64,000 bases of DNA from an uncultured Acidimicrobiales bacterium. GTDB taxonomy: Bacteria; Actinomycetota; Acidimicrobiia; Acidimicrobiales; SHLQ01. Location: NCBI GenBank assembly GCA_938038815.1, contig CALHTF010000013.1:36588-100587 (forward strand), read 5' to 3'. Positions 55,001-62,749 of this stretch are shown one piece after another (the stretch's first letter is position 1; each line of letters starts with the position of its first letter). Made by a program: the position numbers and the translations under genes. Under the pieces are notes generated by a model. It saw only the letters and a program-made list of their open reading frames with translations. It ran no database searches and had not been told where the DNA came from.

Positions 55001-55397
55001 CGACGGCAAACATGCATCCGTCGGTCGCGCAGTCGAAGGGGCCGTCATCGGTCTGGATCTGGCGACGGGCCGAAAACTCGAGCCGAAATTCGCCTTGTTC
55101 GTTTGCGCCGCCCGCCACGACGATCCCGTTATCGCACCCGCGGTCGGCGGTGGCTGTACGACGACACTGAAACCCGATCACGCCGCTCCAGGCCGGCACC
55201 CCAGACCCGGTGACCACAACCCGATCGCCGGTAACCAGGTCGTCCGCAGGTGCCGCGGTGATCGAAATCGAATTGTCACCAAAGCCGCCCTGGGCGCCGG
55301 CGATCTCGTCTCCCGCCGAGGCCAAAAGCAGGGTGAAGCCACCGATCAACCCGATCGCAAAACCCAAAAGACGACGTCCATTTCGGGTACTCAACAT
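52068..55397 (-). CDS. Large secreted protein composed of nine tandem neocarzinostatin-family (Ig-like, two-disulfide) domains
   Basis: The ATG at 55397 is preceded by GGGGAG. Signal/TM: RRLLGFAIGLIGGFTLLLASAG. There are nine ~105-125-aa repeats, each with L-x-DG-x-V-x-V-x-G, then QC...C, then DC....C, ending in F(D). For example, ISVAPSSGLVDRNPITIEIDGFVTSYDVMQC..DC..DCAKATCVLQV resembles the neocarzinostatin apoprotein TVTPSSGLSDGTVVKVAGAGL..QC..AC..DCTTAACQVGL. Confidence 0.75.
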   Translation of the reverse strand: MLSTRNGRRLLGFAIGLIGGFTLLLASAGDEIAGAQGGFGDNSISITAAPADDLVTGDRVVVTGSGVPAWSGVIGFQCRRTATADRGCDNGIVVAGGANEQGEFRLEFSARRQIQTDDGPFDCATDGCMFAVVSLANGGDDSNRSGTANVTFDPSAPIPTPPSIKVKPARNLVDGDRVTVTGTGFVFNPNAWIQQCAAVRANSHDDCDFGANYYSDLGPNGEFFGMVNVQRMVSVGGQRVDCGARAGACTLRVNHGDETVEAPLHFDPSVKPPKPPKVTLSPRGGFVDRSEVTVTLDNLENGSRNYYFNFLQCPGAPTEQWAPGCRRLAQGLFESGAEVVTLTRALNLDGEVFDCAAAANACSISVFSNGGLVSSTGLRFARTNEPIPKPSVKYSKNLKRLTDGAKVWAKVQGSVDDVTVFQCPGEVRTGRGAGCRAVGGWYGFENGDAVSLLPAEGVKITGRVLRMLSRTNWDSGQPVQEMIDCAAKPGACNIVTWVPGVGQVGPARALTLVDEGAPAKPKLKLNKAKNLSHGDIVRMSFTGMTPGTSIAINQCPRGTTCGITGSFEEISKAKFSIEYSVARVIDVAGTRVDCGEKAKNCELQAVVTNGAELVLRKAISFDPNFEPPSPPALNIEPNTGLSNRQEVELRVNDFVGGFNAKQCALGISSSQANTYLYTDGCTVLGGAWTTDGTDSMAKVSLPRYVYRDGKRVDCAKGRGCNVFVFNQFEGRWSDSARVKFASSEPAPPKTSFTLSKTRKLVDGEDIQIAVGGDFGGVTVSQCVYENPVDGNGCRFMATSDESTLDGPIELTAAVSRDVRGRDCTKVSCWVVLRGKDQRVAASIRVRIDKSARRVKAPTISVAPSSGLVDRNPITIEIDGFVTSYDVMQCVEAADDELVDCQRITLSRPDSRTSTTTLAGQVRREVGDTDCAKATCVLQVRYATVDLAQSSKEQRLALSFDANAQPFPAPELAATPTTDLTNGDRITLSGKHWAPGSWLSFGVCKADVPTLPGEPGNGGSDWASECGEFPLATVLVDDTGAFTFDFVAAQSFRSFIGIQRFCTDDCVIYTTTGRDSARVPISFGKSAGATVTMTNTLEWPESVTNPEPSE

Positions 55398-55486
55398 GAC
55401 TGCTCCCCAGATGTGGCTGCAGCGCGCCATCCGCCGGTCGGTGGCCGCTACTAGGTCAGACGTTAGCGGAGGAGCATTAGTTCATC

Positions 55487-55915
55487 TCATTTGAGAAGAA
55501 GCTCGGCACACGCTTCCTCTTTGACCCGCCAGGTCACCTCGAACTCGTGGTTGAGCCTTGCATCGGCGCCCACGTTGTACAGCGAAGCGCATGCCCCGGC
55601 CTTCGGGTCGGCGGTGCCGAACACGACCCGGCCAACCCGGGCTTGTGACGCCGCACCCGCGCACATGACGCACGGTTCGAGGGTCACGACGAGGGTGGCG
55701 CCAGTCAGTCGCCAGCTGCCTACCTTTGCTGCTGCGTCGCGCAAGGCAAGGATCTCGGCGTGAGCGGTGGGGTCGCCGGTGAGTTCGCGCTCGTTGTGAC
55801 GGCTCGCCAAGAGTTCGCCATCGAGCATCACAACCGCGCCTACGGGAACGTCGTCATGTTCGAGGGCGGCGCGGGCCTCAGCCAGTGCCAGGACCATCAG
55901 CTCGTCATCAGTCAT
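55487..55915 (-). CDS. tadA: tRNA-specific adenosine deaminase
   Basis: The deaminase motifs HAEILALR and TLEPCVMCAGA (CMP/dCMP zinc-binding type) are present. Length is 142 aa. Confidence 0.9.
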   Translation of the reverse strand: MTDDELMVLALAEARAALEHDDVPVGAVVMLDGELLASRHNERELTGDPTAHAEILALRDAAAKVGSWRLTGATLVVTLEPCVMCAGAASQARVGRVVFGTADPKAGACASLYNVGADARLNHEFEVTWRVKEEACAELLLK

Positions 55916-55964
55916 GCGGGCACCTTATTTGACGAACCCTGAAACGTCCGAGTAGCCAAGCGCT

Positions 55965-57218
55965 ATGTCAGTACTTACTCGTGAAGAAGTTGTCGCCGAA
56001 GTCGAAGCCTGGATCGACGACACCTGGGACGAATCGCTCACCGTCGCCGAATGGTGGCAAGCGATGGCCGACGCCCGCTACAGCCACCCCATGTTGCCCG
56101 AAAACGCTGGCGGCCGAGGCTACGACCGAGCGCTAAGTCGAGCCGTTCACCAGACCATGGGCAAGAAGGGTGTGATCGGCCCGCCGATCGGCCTGGGCAC
56201 TATGCTCGCCGCGCCAACCATCGCCGCGCACGGCACCCAGGAACAGATCGACAAGTTCATTCCATCGATCCTCAACGGACAACAAGGCTGGTGCCAGCTG
56301 TTCTCCGAACCAGGCGCTGGTTCGGACCTCGCCGGGTTGGCCGCCAAGGCTGAACGCGACGGCGACGAGTGGATCGTCAACGGCCAAAAGGTGTGGACCT
56401 CAAGCGGCCAGTTCGCCGACCTCGGTATGCTCATCGCCCGCACCGACCCCGACCAGCCCAAGCACACCGGCATCACCTACTTCGTGATCGACATGCACCA
56501 AGACGGTGTCGACGTGCGTCCGCTGGTCGAGATGACCGGCGCCGCGCTGTTCAACGAGGTGTTCCTCACCGACGCTCGGGTCCACGAAGACGACCGCATC
56601 GCCGAGCTCGGCAACGGCTGGCGAGTCGCGAACACCACGCTCATGGAGGAGCGGGCCACCCTCGGCGCCGGCGGCACCGGAGCCATCGGCGTTCAACCTG
56701 GCAAGCTCGGAAAGAACCTCGAAAAGAACGTGGGCGAGTTGGTCACCAAGTTTGGTGGCGGCAACCGCCAAGCCGCTCATGCATCGTCGAGTGTTTCGGA
56801 GAAGTACATCGGGTTGGCCCAAAAGCTGGGCAACATCGACCAGCCGGTCATCCGCCAGAAGCTGATGCACCTGCACATTCTCGAACAGATCAATAAGTTC
56901 AACATTGCCCGGGCCAAGACCCGGCAGAACCTCACCGGCGGCGAAGGCAACATCGCCAAGCTGCTCAACGCCGAGACCAACCGTCAGTACCGCGAGGTGG
57001 GGCTGGCGATTCTGGGCGCCGACGGCATGATCATGGGCCCCGACACTCCCGGCGGCGGCATGGTGCAGAACCTGGCGCTGTTCTCCCCCGCTCCTTCTAT
57101 CTACGGCGGTACCGACCAGGTGCAGCGCAACATCATCGGCGAACGGGTGCTCGGCTTACCGAAAGAACCCGGCCCCGCCAAAGACACCCCATTTAGCGAA
57201 CTCCCAAAGAACCAGTAG
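55965..57218 (+). CDS. Acyl-CoA dehydrogenase family protein
   Basis: WCQLFSEPGAGSDLAGL, GQKVWTS and a C-terminal IYGGTDQVQRNIIGERVLGLP are present. Confidence 0.85.
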   Translation: MSVLTREEVVAEVEAWIDDTWDESLTVAEWWQAMADARYSHPMLPENAGGRGYDRALSRAVHQTMGKKGVIGPPIGLGTMLAAPTIAAHGTQEQIDKFIPSILNGQQGWCQLFSEPGAGSDLAGLAAKAERDGDEWIVNGQKVWTSSGQFADLGMLIARTDPDQPKHTGITYFVIDMHQDGVDVRPLVEMTGAALFNEVFLTDARVHEDDRIAELGNGWRVANTTLMEERATLGAGGTGAIGVQPGKLGKNLEKNVGELVTKFGGGNRQAAHASSSVSEKYIGLAQKLGNIDQPVIRQKLMHLHILEQINKFNIARAKTRQNLTGGEGNIAKLLNAETNRQYREVGLAILGADGMIMGPDTPGGGMVQNLALFSPAPSIYGGTDQVQRNIIGERVLGLPKEPGPAKDTPFSELPKNQ

Positions 57219-57227
57219 GTAACTTCC

Positions 57228-58016
57228 ATGAGCGAAAAGCAACGCACGGTAGCCAACCTGATCGCCGCCCTCGACTCGTTTGAGGCGTTCACTTCTGATC
57301 TCACCGAGGACGAGTGGGCCACTCAGTCGTTGTGCCCTGACTGGACGATCCACGGTTTGGTCGCCCACATCGCGGCGATCGAACACATGATGGCGGGCTG
57401 GGCTCCAACGTCGCTCGACGAGCCGGTGCCGTTCGAAAAGGCCGGCGAATTCATGGCCGAGGTGGCCGACCTTTCGGGCGCCGATCTGCACGCTCGGGCG
57501 AGCGAGATCTTCGCCACCCGTCGCGCCGAACTCGCGGCGCTCACCGACGAGCAATTCGACACACCAGCGAACACCCCGGTCGGCCCGCAAACCTACGGCC
57601 GCTTTCTCGCTATTCGGATCTTTGATGTGTGGGTCCACGAGCAAGATGCACGGATGCCGCTCGGCAAACCCGGCAACGCCGGTGGCCCAGTGGCCGAACA
57701 AGCGCTGGAGGAGATTCATGGCTCCCTCGGCTACATCGTGGGCAAGAAGATCGGCCTCGAAGACGGTAAGGGAATCACCTTCAACCTCACTGGCCCGGTC
57801 GAGCAGTCGTTGCACGTAAAGGTCGACGGCCGCGCCGGGGTTGTGGAGTCACTCGACTCCCCCGATGTCACGGTCACCACCGATTCGCTCACCTTCTGCC
57901 TGCTGGCCTGCGGCCGGATCGACCCTCAGGGGCCGATCGACGAAGGCAAGATCTCCTGGTCGGGCGACGACGAAATCGGCGAACGCGCAGCCCGCAACCT
58001 CCGCTTCACGATGTAG
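57228..58016 (+). CDS. Mycothiol-dependent maleylpyruvate isomerase-like (DinB/TIGR03083) family protein
   Basis: The N-terminal DinB-like pattern LSEDEWATQSLCPDWTIHGLVAHI is followed by a C-terminal SCP2-like region. Confidence 0.72.
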   Translation: MSEKQRTVANLIAALDSFEAFTSDLTEDEWATQSLCPDWTIHGLVAHIAAIEHMMAGWAPTSLDEPVPFEKAGEFMAEVADLSGADLHARASEIFATRRAELAALTDEQFDTPANTPVGPQTYGRFLAIRIFDVWVHEQDARMPLGKPGNAGGPVAEQALEEIHGSLGYIVGKKIGLEDGKGITFNLTGPVEQSLHVKVDGRAGVVESLDSPDVTVTTDSLTFCLLACGRIDPQGPIDEGKISWSGDDEIGERAARNLRFTM

Positions 58017-58025
58017 CCAAAAGTA

Positions 58026-58058
58026 AGAACGCGGGGTCTGACCCCGCGTTCTTTCTTT
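58026..58058. terminator. Bidirectional intrinsic terminator between convergent genes
   Basis: AGAACGCGGGG-tctga-CCCCGCGTTCT followed by TTCTTTTG. An A-rich tract upstream gives a U-tract on the other strand. Confidence 0.7.
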
Positions 58059-58063
58059 TGCGG

Positions 58064-58747
58064 TTAGGCGACGAAGTTTCCTCGACTCCTCGCAAACAGG
58101 GTTGCGAAGTAGGCGATGCTCGTCGCCGCGGCGGCCACATAGGTCAGGGCCGCGGCGCGCAGAACCTTCTCTACGCCTTCGCGCTGTTCGGGGTCCGACA
58201 GACCTAACCGTTCGAGGTTGTCGAGCGCTCGCTTGCTGGCATTGAACTCGACCGGCAGGGTGGCGATCTGGAACAGCATCATCCCGGCGAGCAAGAACAC
58301 GCCGATCCGTAGCAGGGTGCCGTTGCCAAAGAGCATTCCGACGATGGCGACCATGGGACCGAACCGAGCACCGAGGGCCGCCATCGGCACCAGGAACTTC
58401 CGCAGCTTCAACCGCAGGTCGTCGTTTGCGTCCTGTAGGGCATGGCCCGCCTCGTGCGCCGATACGGCCATCGCCGCAACGCTTGTCGTGCTGAAGTTGG
58501 TCTTGGAAAGCCGCAGGATGTCTTTGACCGGGTCGTAGTGGTCGGTGAGCTTGCCCCGCACCCGCTGGATCTCCACATGGGTCACGCCGTTGTCGCGCAG
58601 AATCGCATCGGCGGTCTGCGCGCCGGTCACGCCGTACTGGTTCTCTACCTGACTCCAGATCCGGTATGTGCGCTTCAGCTTCCACTTCACAAAGAACGAT
58701 CCGCCAAAGGCAATCGCCGCAATCAGATAGATAAAGCCCGTGCTCAT
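58064..58747 (-). CDS. Membrane zinc metallopeptidase (PF04298-type)
   Basis: HEAGHALQ (HExxH) plus flanking TM helices. The N-terminal pattern matches the putative neutral zinc metallopeptidase family. Confidence 0.8.
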   Translation of the reverse strand: MSTGFIYLIAAIAFGGSFFVKWKLKRTYRIWSQVENQYGVTGAQTADAILRDNGVTHVEIQRVRGKLTDHYDPVKDILRLSKTNFSTTSVAAMAVSAHEAGHALQDANDDLRLKLRKFLVPMAALGARFGPMVAIVGMLFGNGTLLRIGVFLLAGMMLFQIATLPVEFNASKRALDNLERLGLSDPEQREGVEKVLRAAALTYVAAAATSIAYFATLFARSRGNFVA

Positions 58748-58865
58748 GGGGCCAACCCTAGGGTCAGAGTCTCGAAAGGTCGATGTTGGAGAGTCCGGCT
58801 CTCGGCAACGCAGACGGCGTTTTGACTGGGGACTCTCACCTCGTGTCCTGTAAAACTCGTGCTAC

Positions 58866-59858
58866 ATGTTTCTTCGTCAAACCCCCGACGAGACGGCGAT
58901 CGACGAAGTCTTCGCCGCCTTCTTCTCTGCTGAGTGTTCGCCCGAGCGAGTGCGCTCGGCGGCCACGCTCGGCTTCGACTCCTCTGCCTGGACTCGACTG
59001 GTCGAGACCGGCGCTCCGGCGATGGCCTGCCCCGAGTCGGTGGGAGGTGGCGGTAGCGATCTTCGCACCCTCGGACTGGCCGTAACTCACTTGGGACGAA
59101 CTATTGCGCCGGTGCCGCTGATCGAGCATGCGGTAACGACCCGACTTCTTGCCTCGGCGGGCGCATCGGCCGACCTGCTGCAACCACTCATCGACGGTTC
59201 GACCATCGCCACTCTGTGCCTGCATCCTGGCGACTCCGAACGACTGGTACCGGCGGGCGCGGTGGCCGCGATGGTTGTCGGTTCGGTCGATGGTCAGGTC
59301 ACGGCGGCTACCGCCGACGCTCCGATGGAAGCACTCGCCAATGTTGCCGACCTGCCGTTGGCTCGCAGAGCTGCCGGAGGAGTCGTTGTCGGCCCAGACG
59401 ACGGGCACTTCGCTCGGGCCCAGTCTGAATGGAAGGCCCTCATGGCGACCGCTCTTGCGGGTATGGCGACTGAAGCGCTGCGACTCGGTGTCGAGTACGC
59501 CAAAGAGCGCGAGCAGTTCGGGGTGAAGATCGGAACCTTTCAAGCGGTGCAGCACGGCTTGGCTACCTCATCGACCAATGTCGAAGGCGCCCAGTTGCTG
59601 GCCGCCCGGGCGCTGTGGGCGCTCGACACCGACCAACCCGACGCCCACTCCTTGGCGTCGATGGCCTTGGTGTTCTGCGCCGAAGCCGCTCAGCTCGCCA
59701 GCGCCAACAGTCTGCAATTTCACGGCGGGTACGGCTTCGCCGAGGAGTACGACATTCAGCTTTACTACCGGCGGGCGAAGGGTTGGCCACAGCAGATGTC
59801 GTCGTCGACCGTCGAGCTGGCGACCCTGGCCGATCTTGTTCTTCCGGGAGGCAAGTAG
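58866..59858 (+). CDS. Acyl-CoA dehydrogenase-like protein, short form (candidate non-catalytic partner of the next gene)
   Basis: The C-terminal ACAD domain is clear (RLGVEYAKEREQFGVKIGTFQAVQH...QFHGGYGFAEEYDIQLYYRRAK), but the N-terminal half is short and divergent. The next ACAD gene starts immediately after the stop (TAG 59856-58, ATG 59859). Confidence 0.7.
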   Translation: MFLRQTPDETAIDEVFAAFFSAECSPERVRSAATLGFDSSAWTRLVETGAPAMACPESVGGGGSDLRTLGLAVTHLGRTIAPVPLIEHAVTTRLLASAGASADLLQPLIDGSTIATLCLHPGDSERLVPAGAVAAMVVGSVDGQVTAATADAPMEALANVADLPLARRAAGGVVVGPDDGHFARAQSEWKALMATALAGMATEALRLGVEYAKEREQFGVKIGTFQAVQHGLATSSTNVEGAQLLAARALWALDTDQPDAHSLASMALVFCAEAAQLASANSLQFHGGYGFAEEYDIQLYYRRAKGWPQQMSSSTVELATLADLVLPGGK

Positions 59859-61022
59859 ATGGACTTCTCGTTCTCGGCCGACGCCGAAGAGTTCCGGGTT
59901 GAGGTCAAAGCGTTCCTCGACGAACACCTGACCCCCGATGTTTTCCTCGGCACCCGCGACGGCACGATCCACAACGACGCCTTGCACAAGAAGATGGCCG
60001 ACAAGGGTTGGATCGACGGCTCGATTCCGGCCGAACTTGGTGGCGGCGGCCGCGACCCGCTCGACATGTTGGTGTTGATCGAAGAGCTCCAGCTTGCCGG
60101 TGCACCGTGTGACGGTATGGCGGTGGCTGCGGTCGTGGCGGCAATCATCTTGGAACTCGGCAACGACCACCTCAAAGAAACGGTTGTGCCGCGCATCATC
60201 GACGGCGAATCGCTGTGCTCGTTTGGCTACACCGAACCCGACTTTGGTTCCGACGTTGCCTCGGCCACCACCGCCGCGGTGCGCGACGGCGACGACTGGG
60301 TCATCAACGGCCAGAAGATGTGGACCACCATGGCCCATGTTGCCGACTTCGTGCTGCTGCTCACCCGCACCAACCACGACGTGCCCAAACACAAGGGCCT
60401 TACCTTCTTTGTGGTTCCGCTCGACACGCCCGGCATCGAGATTCAGCCGGTGCACACCATGGGCACCGAGCGCTCGAACGCCACGTTCTACGACAACGTT
60501 CGCATCGACGATAAGTGGCGCATCGGCGAGGTCGATGGCGGTTGGGCGGTAATGAAGTCGGCGCTCAAGTTCGAACGTGGCATCGCCGGCGGACAGTTCC
60601 CGTCGGCCACCCTGATCGACGCCGCCGTGCGGGCGGCGCAAACCAATGTGCGGCCCGACGGCACAAAGGCCATCGACGATCCGGTGGTCCGTCAACAGAT
60701 CGCCCGGGCAATGATCGACCTCGAGGTCGCCCGCTGCTTTGCGTATAACACCGCCTTCCTGGCCAGCGAAGGGGTGATGTTCGGGGTAGAAGGCTCGATG
60801 ACCAAGCTGTTTGTGAGCGAGTCGTACAAGAAGCACAGCAACTGGTTCTTCGACATGCTCGGACCCGATGGCCTGCTGTCGCTCGACACGCCGGGCGCTC
60901 CCGAAGGCGGACACATCGAAGAGCACTTCCGCCACGCCCCGGTCACCACCATCTACGGCGGCACCAGCGAGATCTCTCGCAACCTGATCGCCACCTCGCA
61001 CCTCGGCTTGCCCCGCAGTTAG
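59859..61022 (+). CDS. Acyl-CoA dehydrogenase
   Basis: FGYTEPDFGSDVASA, NGQKMWTT and TIYGGTSEISRNLIA are present. Confidence 0.85.
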   Translation: MDFSFSADAEEFRVEVKAFLDEHLTPDVFLGTRDGTIHNDALHKKMADKGWIDGSIPAELGGGGRDPLDMLVLIEELQLAGAPCDGMAVAAVVAAIILELGNDHLKETVVPRIIDGESLCSFGYTEPDFGSDVASATTAAVRDGDDWVINGQKMWTTMAHVADFVLLLTRTNHDVPKHKGLTFFVVPLDTPGIEIQPVHTMGTERSNATFYDNVRIDDKWRIGEVDGGWAVMKSALKFERGIAGGQFPSATLIDAAVRAAQTNVRPDGTKAIDDPVVRQQIARAMIDLEVARCFAYNTAFLASEGVMFGVEGSMTKLFVSESYKKHSNWFFDMLGPDGLLSLDTPGAPEGGHIEEHFRHAPVTTIYGGTSEISRNLIATSHLGLPRS

Positions 61023-61066
61023 CCGGTCAGTTTCCGGCAAATTGCGGCGCCGACTACGTTCGTCGG

Positions 61067-62707
61067 GTGATCAACTTCGCCTCCCTTTGGGAACAAATTG
61101 CCACCGAGTTTCCCGACGCCGACGCCGTGGGCGACGCCAACCACATCCGGACGTGGGGTGAGTTCGACGACCGAGCCGCTCGGCTGGCTGCTGCGTTGAC
61201 GGACGGTGGCGTTGGCCACGACGACAAGGTTGCGCTGTACCTCTACAACGGCAACGAGTACCTCGAGGCGCAGTACGCCGCCTTCAAGAACCGGGCCGTG
61301 CCCGCCAACGTGAACTACCGGTACTTGGTGGCCGAGCTCGTGTACCTGCTGACCAACGCCGATGCGAAGGCCGTGTTCTTCGACTCGACGCTGGTCGAAC
61401 GAATACTCGAAGCTGCGCCCCAGTGCCCCGACCTGGCGATGATGATTCAGGTCGGCGGCGAGGTGAGCGACGAAGCCGCAGCGGCAGGCGTGGTGGCGTA
61501 TGAGTCGCTGATCGAATCGAACGAACCGGCGCCTCGAATCGAGCGCTCACCCGACGACCTGTGGTTCCTCTACACCGGCGGAACCACCGGTAACCCGAAG
61601 GCGGTCATGTGGCCCCACAGCGGGATGGCCGCCGCCATGCACACCTACTACCGGGCCCTCAAACGCCCACCGGTGGCCAGCTCGGTCGAGGAAGCCATGG
61701 TTGCCGTGCGCCAGGTGCACGAGCGCAACCGCACCCAACGCATGTTGGCCGCTGCGCCCCTTATGCACGGCACCTCGGGTATCAGCGCGCTGCACACGTT
61801 GTCGCTCGGCGGTTACGTCGACTGCCTCGGCGAACGGAACTTCGATGCCGACGAACTGTGGAGCCACGTGCAAGAGCGCAAGCTCACGTTCCTCACGATC
61901 GTGGGCGACGCGTTCTGCCGACCGATGCTCGAAGCACTGCGAGGCGCCAAAGAGGCCGGGAAACCGTACGAACTGTCGACGCTGTTTCAGGTGATGTCGT
62001 CGGGCGTTATTTGGAGCTCGGCGCTGAAGGAAGAGTTGTTGACCTACCGCGACTGCTCGCTGATCGACTCGTTGGGGTCGAGCGAGGGCGTGGGCTTTGC
62101 CAGCAACATCACCCGCAAGGCCGAGGTGGCCGAGCTCAAGACCGCCAAGTTCACCGCCGGCGACAACACGATCGTGATCAGCGACGACGGCCGCAAGATC
62201 GAGCCCGGCTCCGACGAAATCGGCAAGCTCGCCCTCACCGGGTCGATTCCGATCGGGTACTTCAAGGATCCGGTCAAGACCGACGAGACCTTCCCCGAGT
62301 TCTTCGGCAAGCGCTGGTCGATCCCCGGCGACTACGCCACCATCAACGCCGACGGCACCATCAACCTGTTGGGCCGTGGTTCGGTGTCGATCAACTCCGG
62401 TGGCGAGAAGATCTACCCCGAAGAGGTGGAGGAAGCGGTGAAGTCTCACGCCGCTGTGCAGGACTGCAACGCGGTCGGCGTACCCGACGAACGTTGGGGC
62501 CAAGCGGTGGTTGCGGTGGTCGAGATGGCGCCGGGGGCAGCCGCCGACGATGCCGAAATCATCGAGCACGTGAAGAACACCATCGCCCGGTACAAGGCAC
62601 CCAAACACTTGGTGCGGGTCGACAACTTCGCCCGCAGCACCAACGGCAAAAGCGACTACAAGTGGGCGAAGAAGGCCGCCTACGAAGCCCTAGGTTTCGA
62701 CGAGTAG
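61067..62707 (+). CDS. AMP-dependent acyl-CoA synthetase (FadD-like)
   Basis: LYTGGTTGNPKAVMW, GSSEG, IPGDYA and the C-terminal NGKSDYKW are present. Confidence 0.85.
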   Translation: MINFASLWEQIATEFPDADAVGDANHIRTWGEFDDRAARLAAALTDGGVGHDDKVALYLYNGNEYLEAQYAAFKNRAVPANVNYRYLVAELVYLLTNADAKAVFFDSTLVERILEAAPQCPDLAMMIQVGGEVSDEAAAAGVVAYESLIESNEPAPRIERSPDDLWFLYTGGTTGNPKAVMWPHSGMAAAMHTYYRALKRPPVASSVEEAMVAVRQVHERNRTQRMLAAAPLMHGTSGISALHTLSLGGYVDCLGERNFDADELWSHVQERKLTFLTIVGDAFCRPMLEALRGAKEAGKPYELSTLFQVMSSGVIWSSALKEELLTYRDCSLIDSLGSSEGVGFASNITRKAEVAELKTAKFTAGDNTIVISDDGRKIEPGSDEIGKLALTGSIPIGYFKDPVKTDETFPEFFGKRWSIPGDYATINADGTINLLGRGSVSINSGGEKIYPEEVEEAVKSHAAVQDCNAVGVPDERWGQAVVAVVEMAPGAAADDAEIIEHVKNTIARYKAPKHLVRVDNFARSTNGKSDYKWAKKAAYEALGFDE

Positions 62708-62711
62708 TCCT

Positions 62712-62748
62712 CAAACTGAATCAGGTGTCAGACACCTGATTCAGTTTG
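62712..62748. repeat. 37-nt perfect palindrome containing copy 2 of the AATCAGGTGTCAGACACCTGATT core
   Basis: CAAACTGAATCAGGTGTC-A-GACACCTGATTCAGTTTG has 18-bp arms. It fills the 42-nt gap between the convergent stops at 62707 and 62750. Confidence 0.85.
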
Positions 62749-62749
62749 G

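Noticed and set aside
52506-55454. Long plus-strand ORFs (52506..54215 and 54408..55454) opposite the nine-repeat secreted protein.
   Set aside because: Their composition is Arg/Gly/His-rich and there is no repeat structure or motif. The minus-strand frame shows nine coherent Cys-patterned domains, a signal peptide and an RBS.
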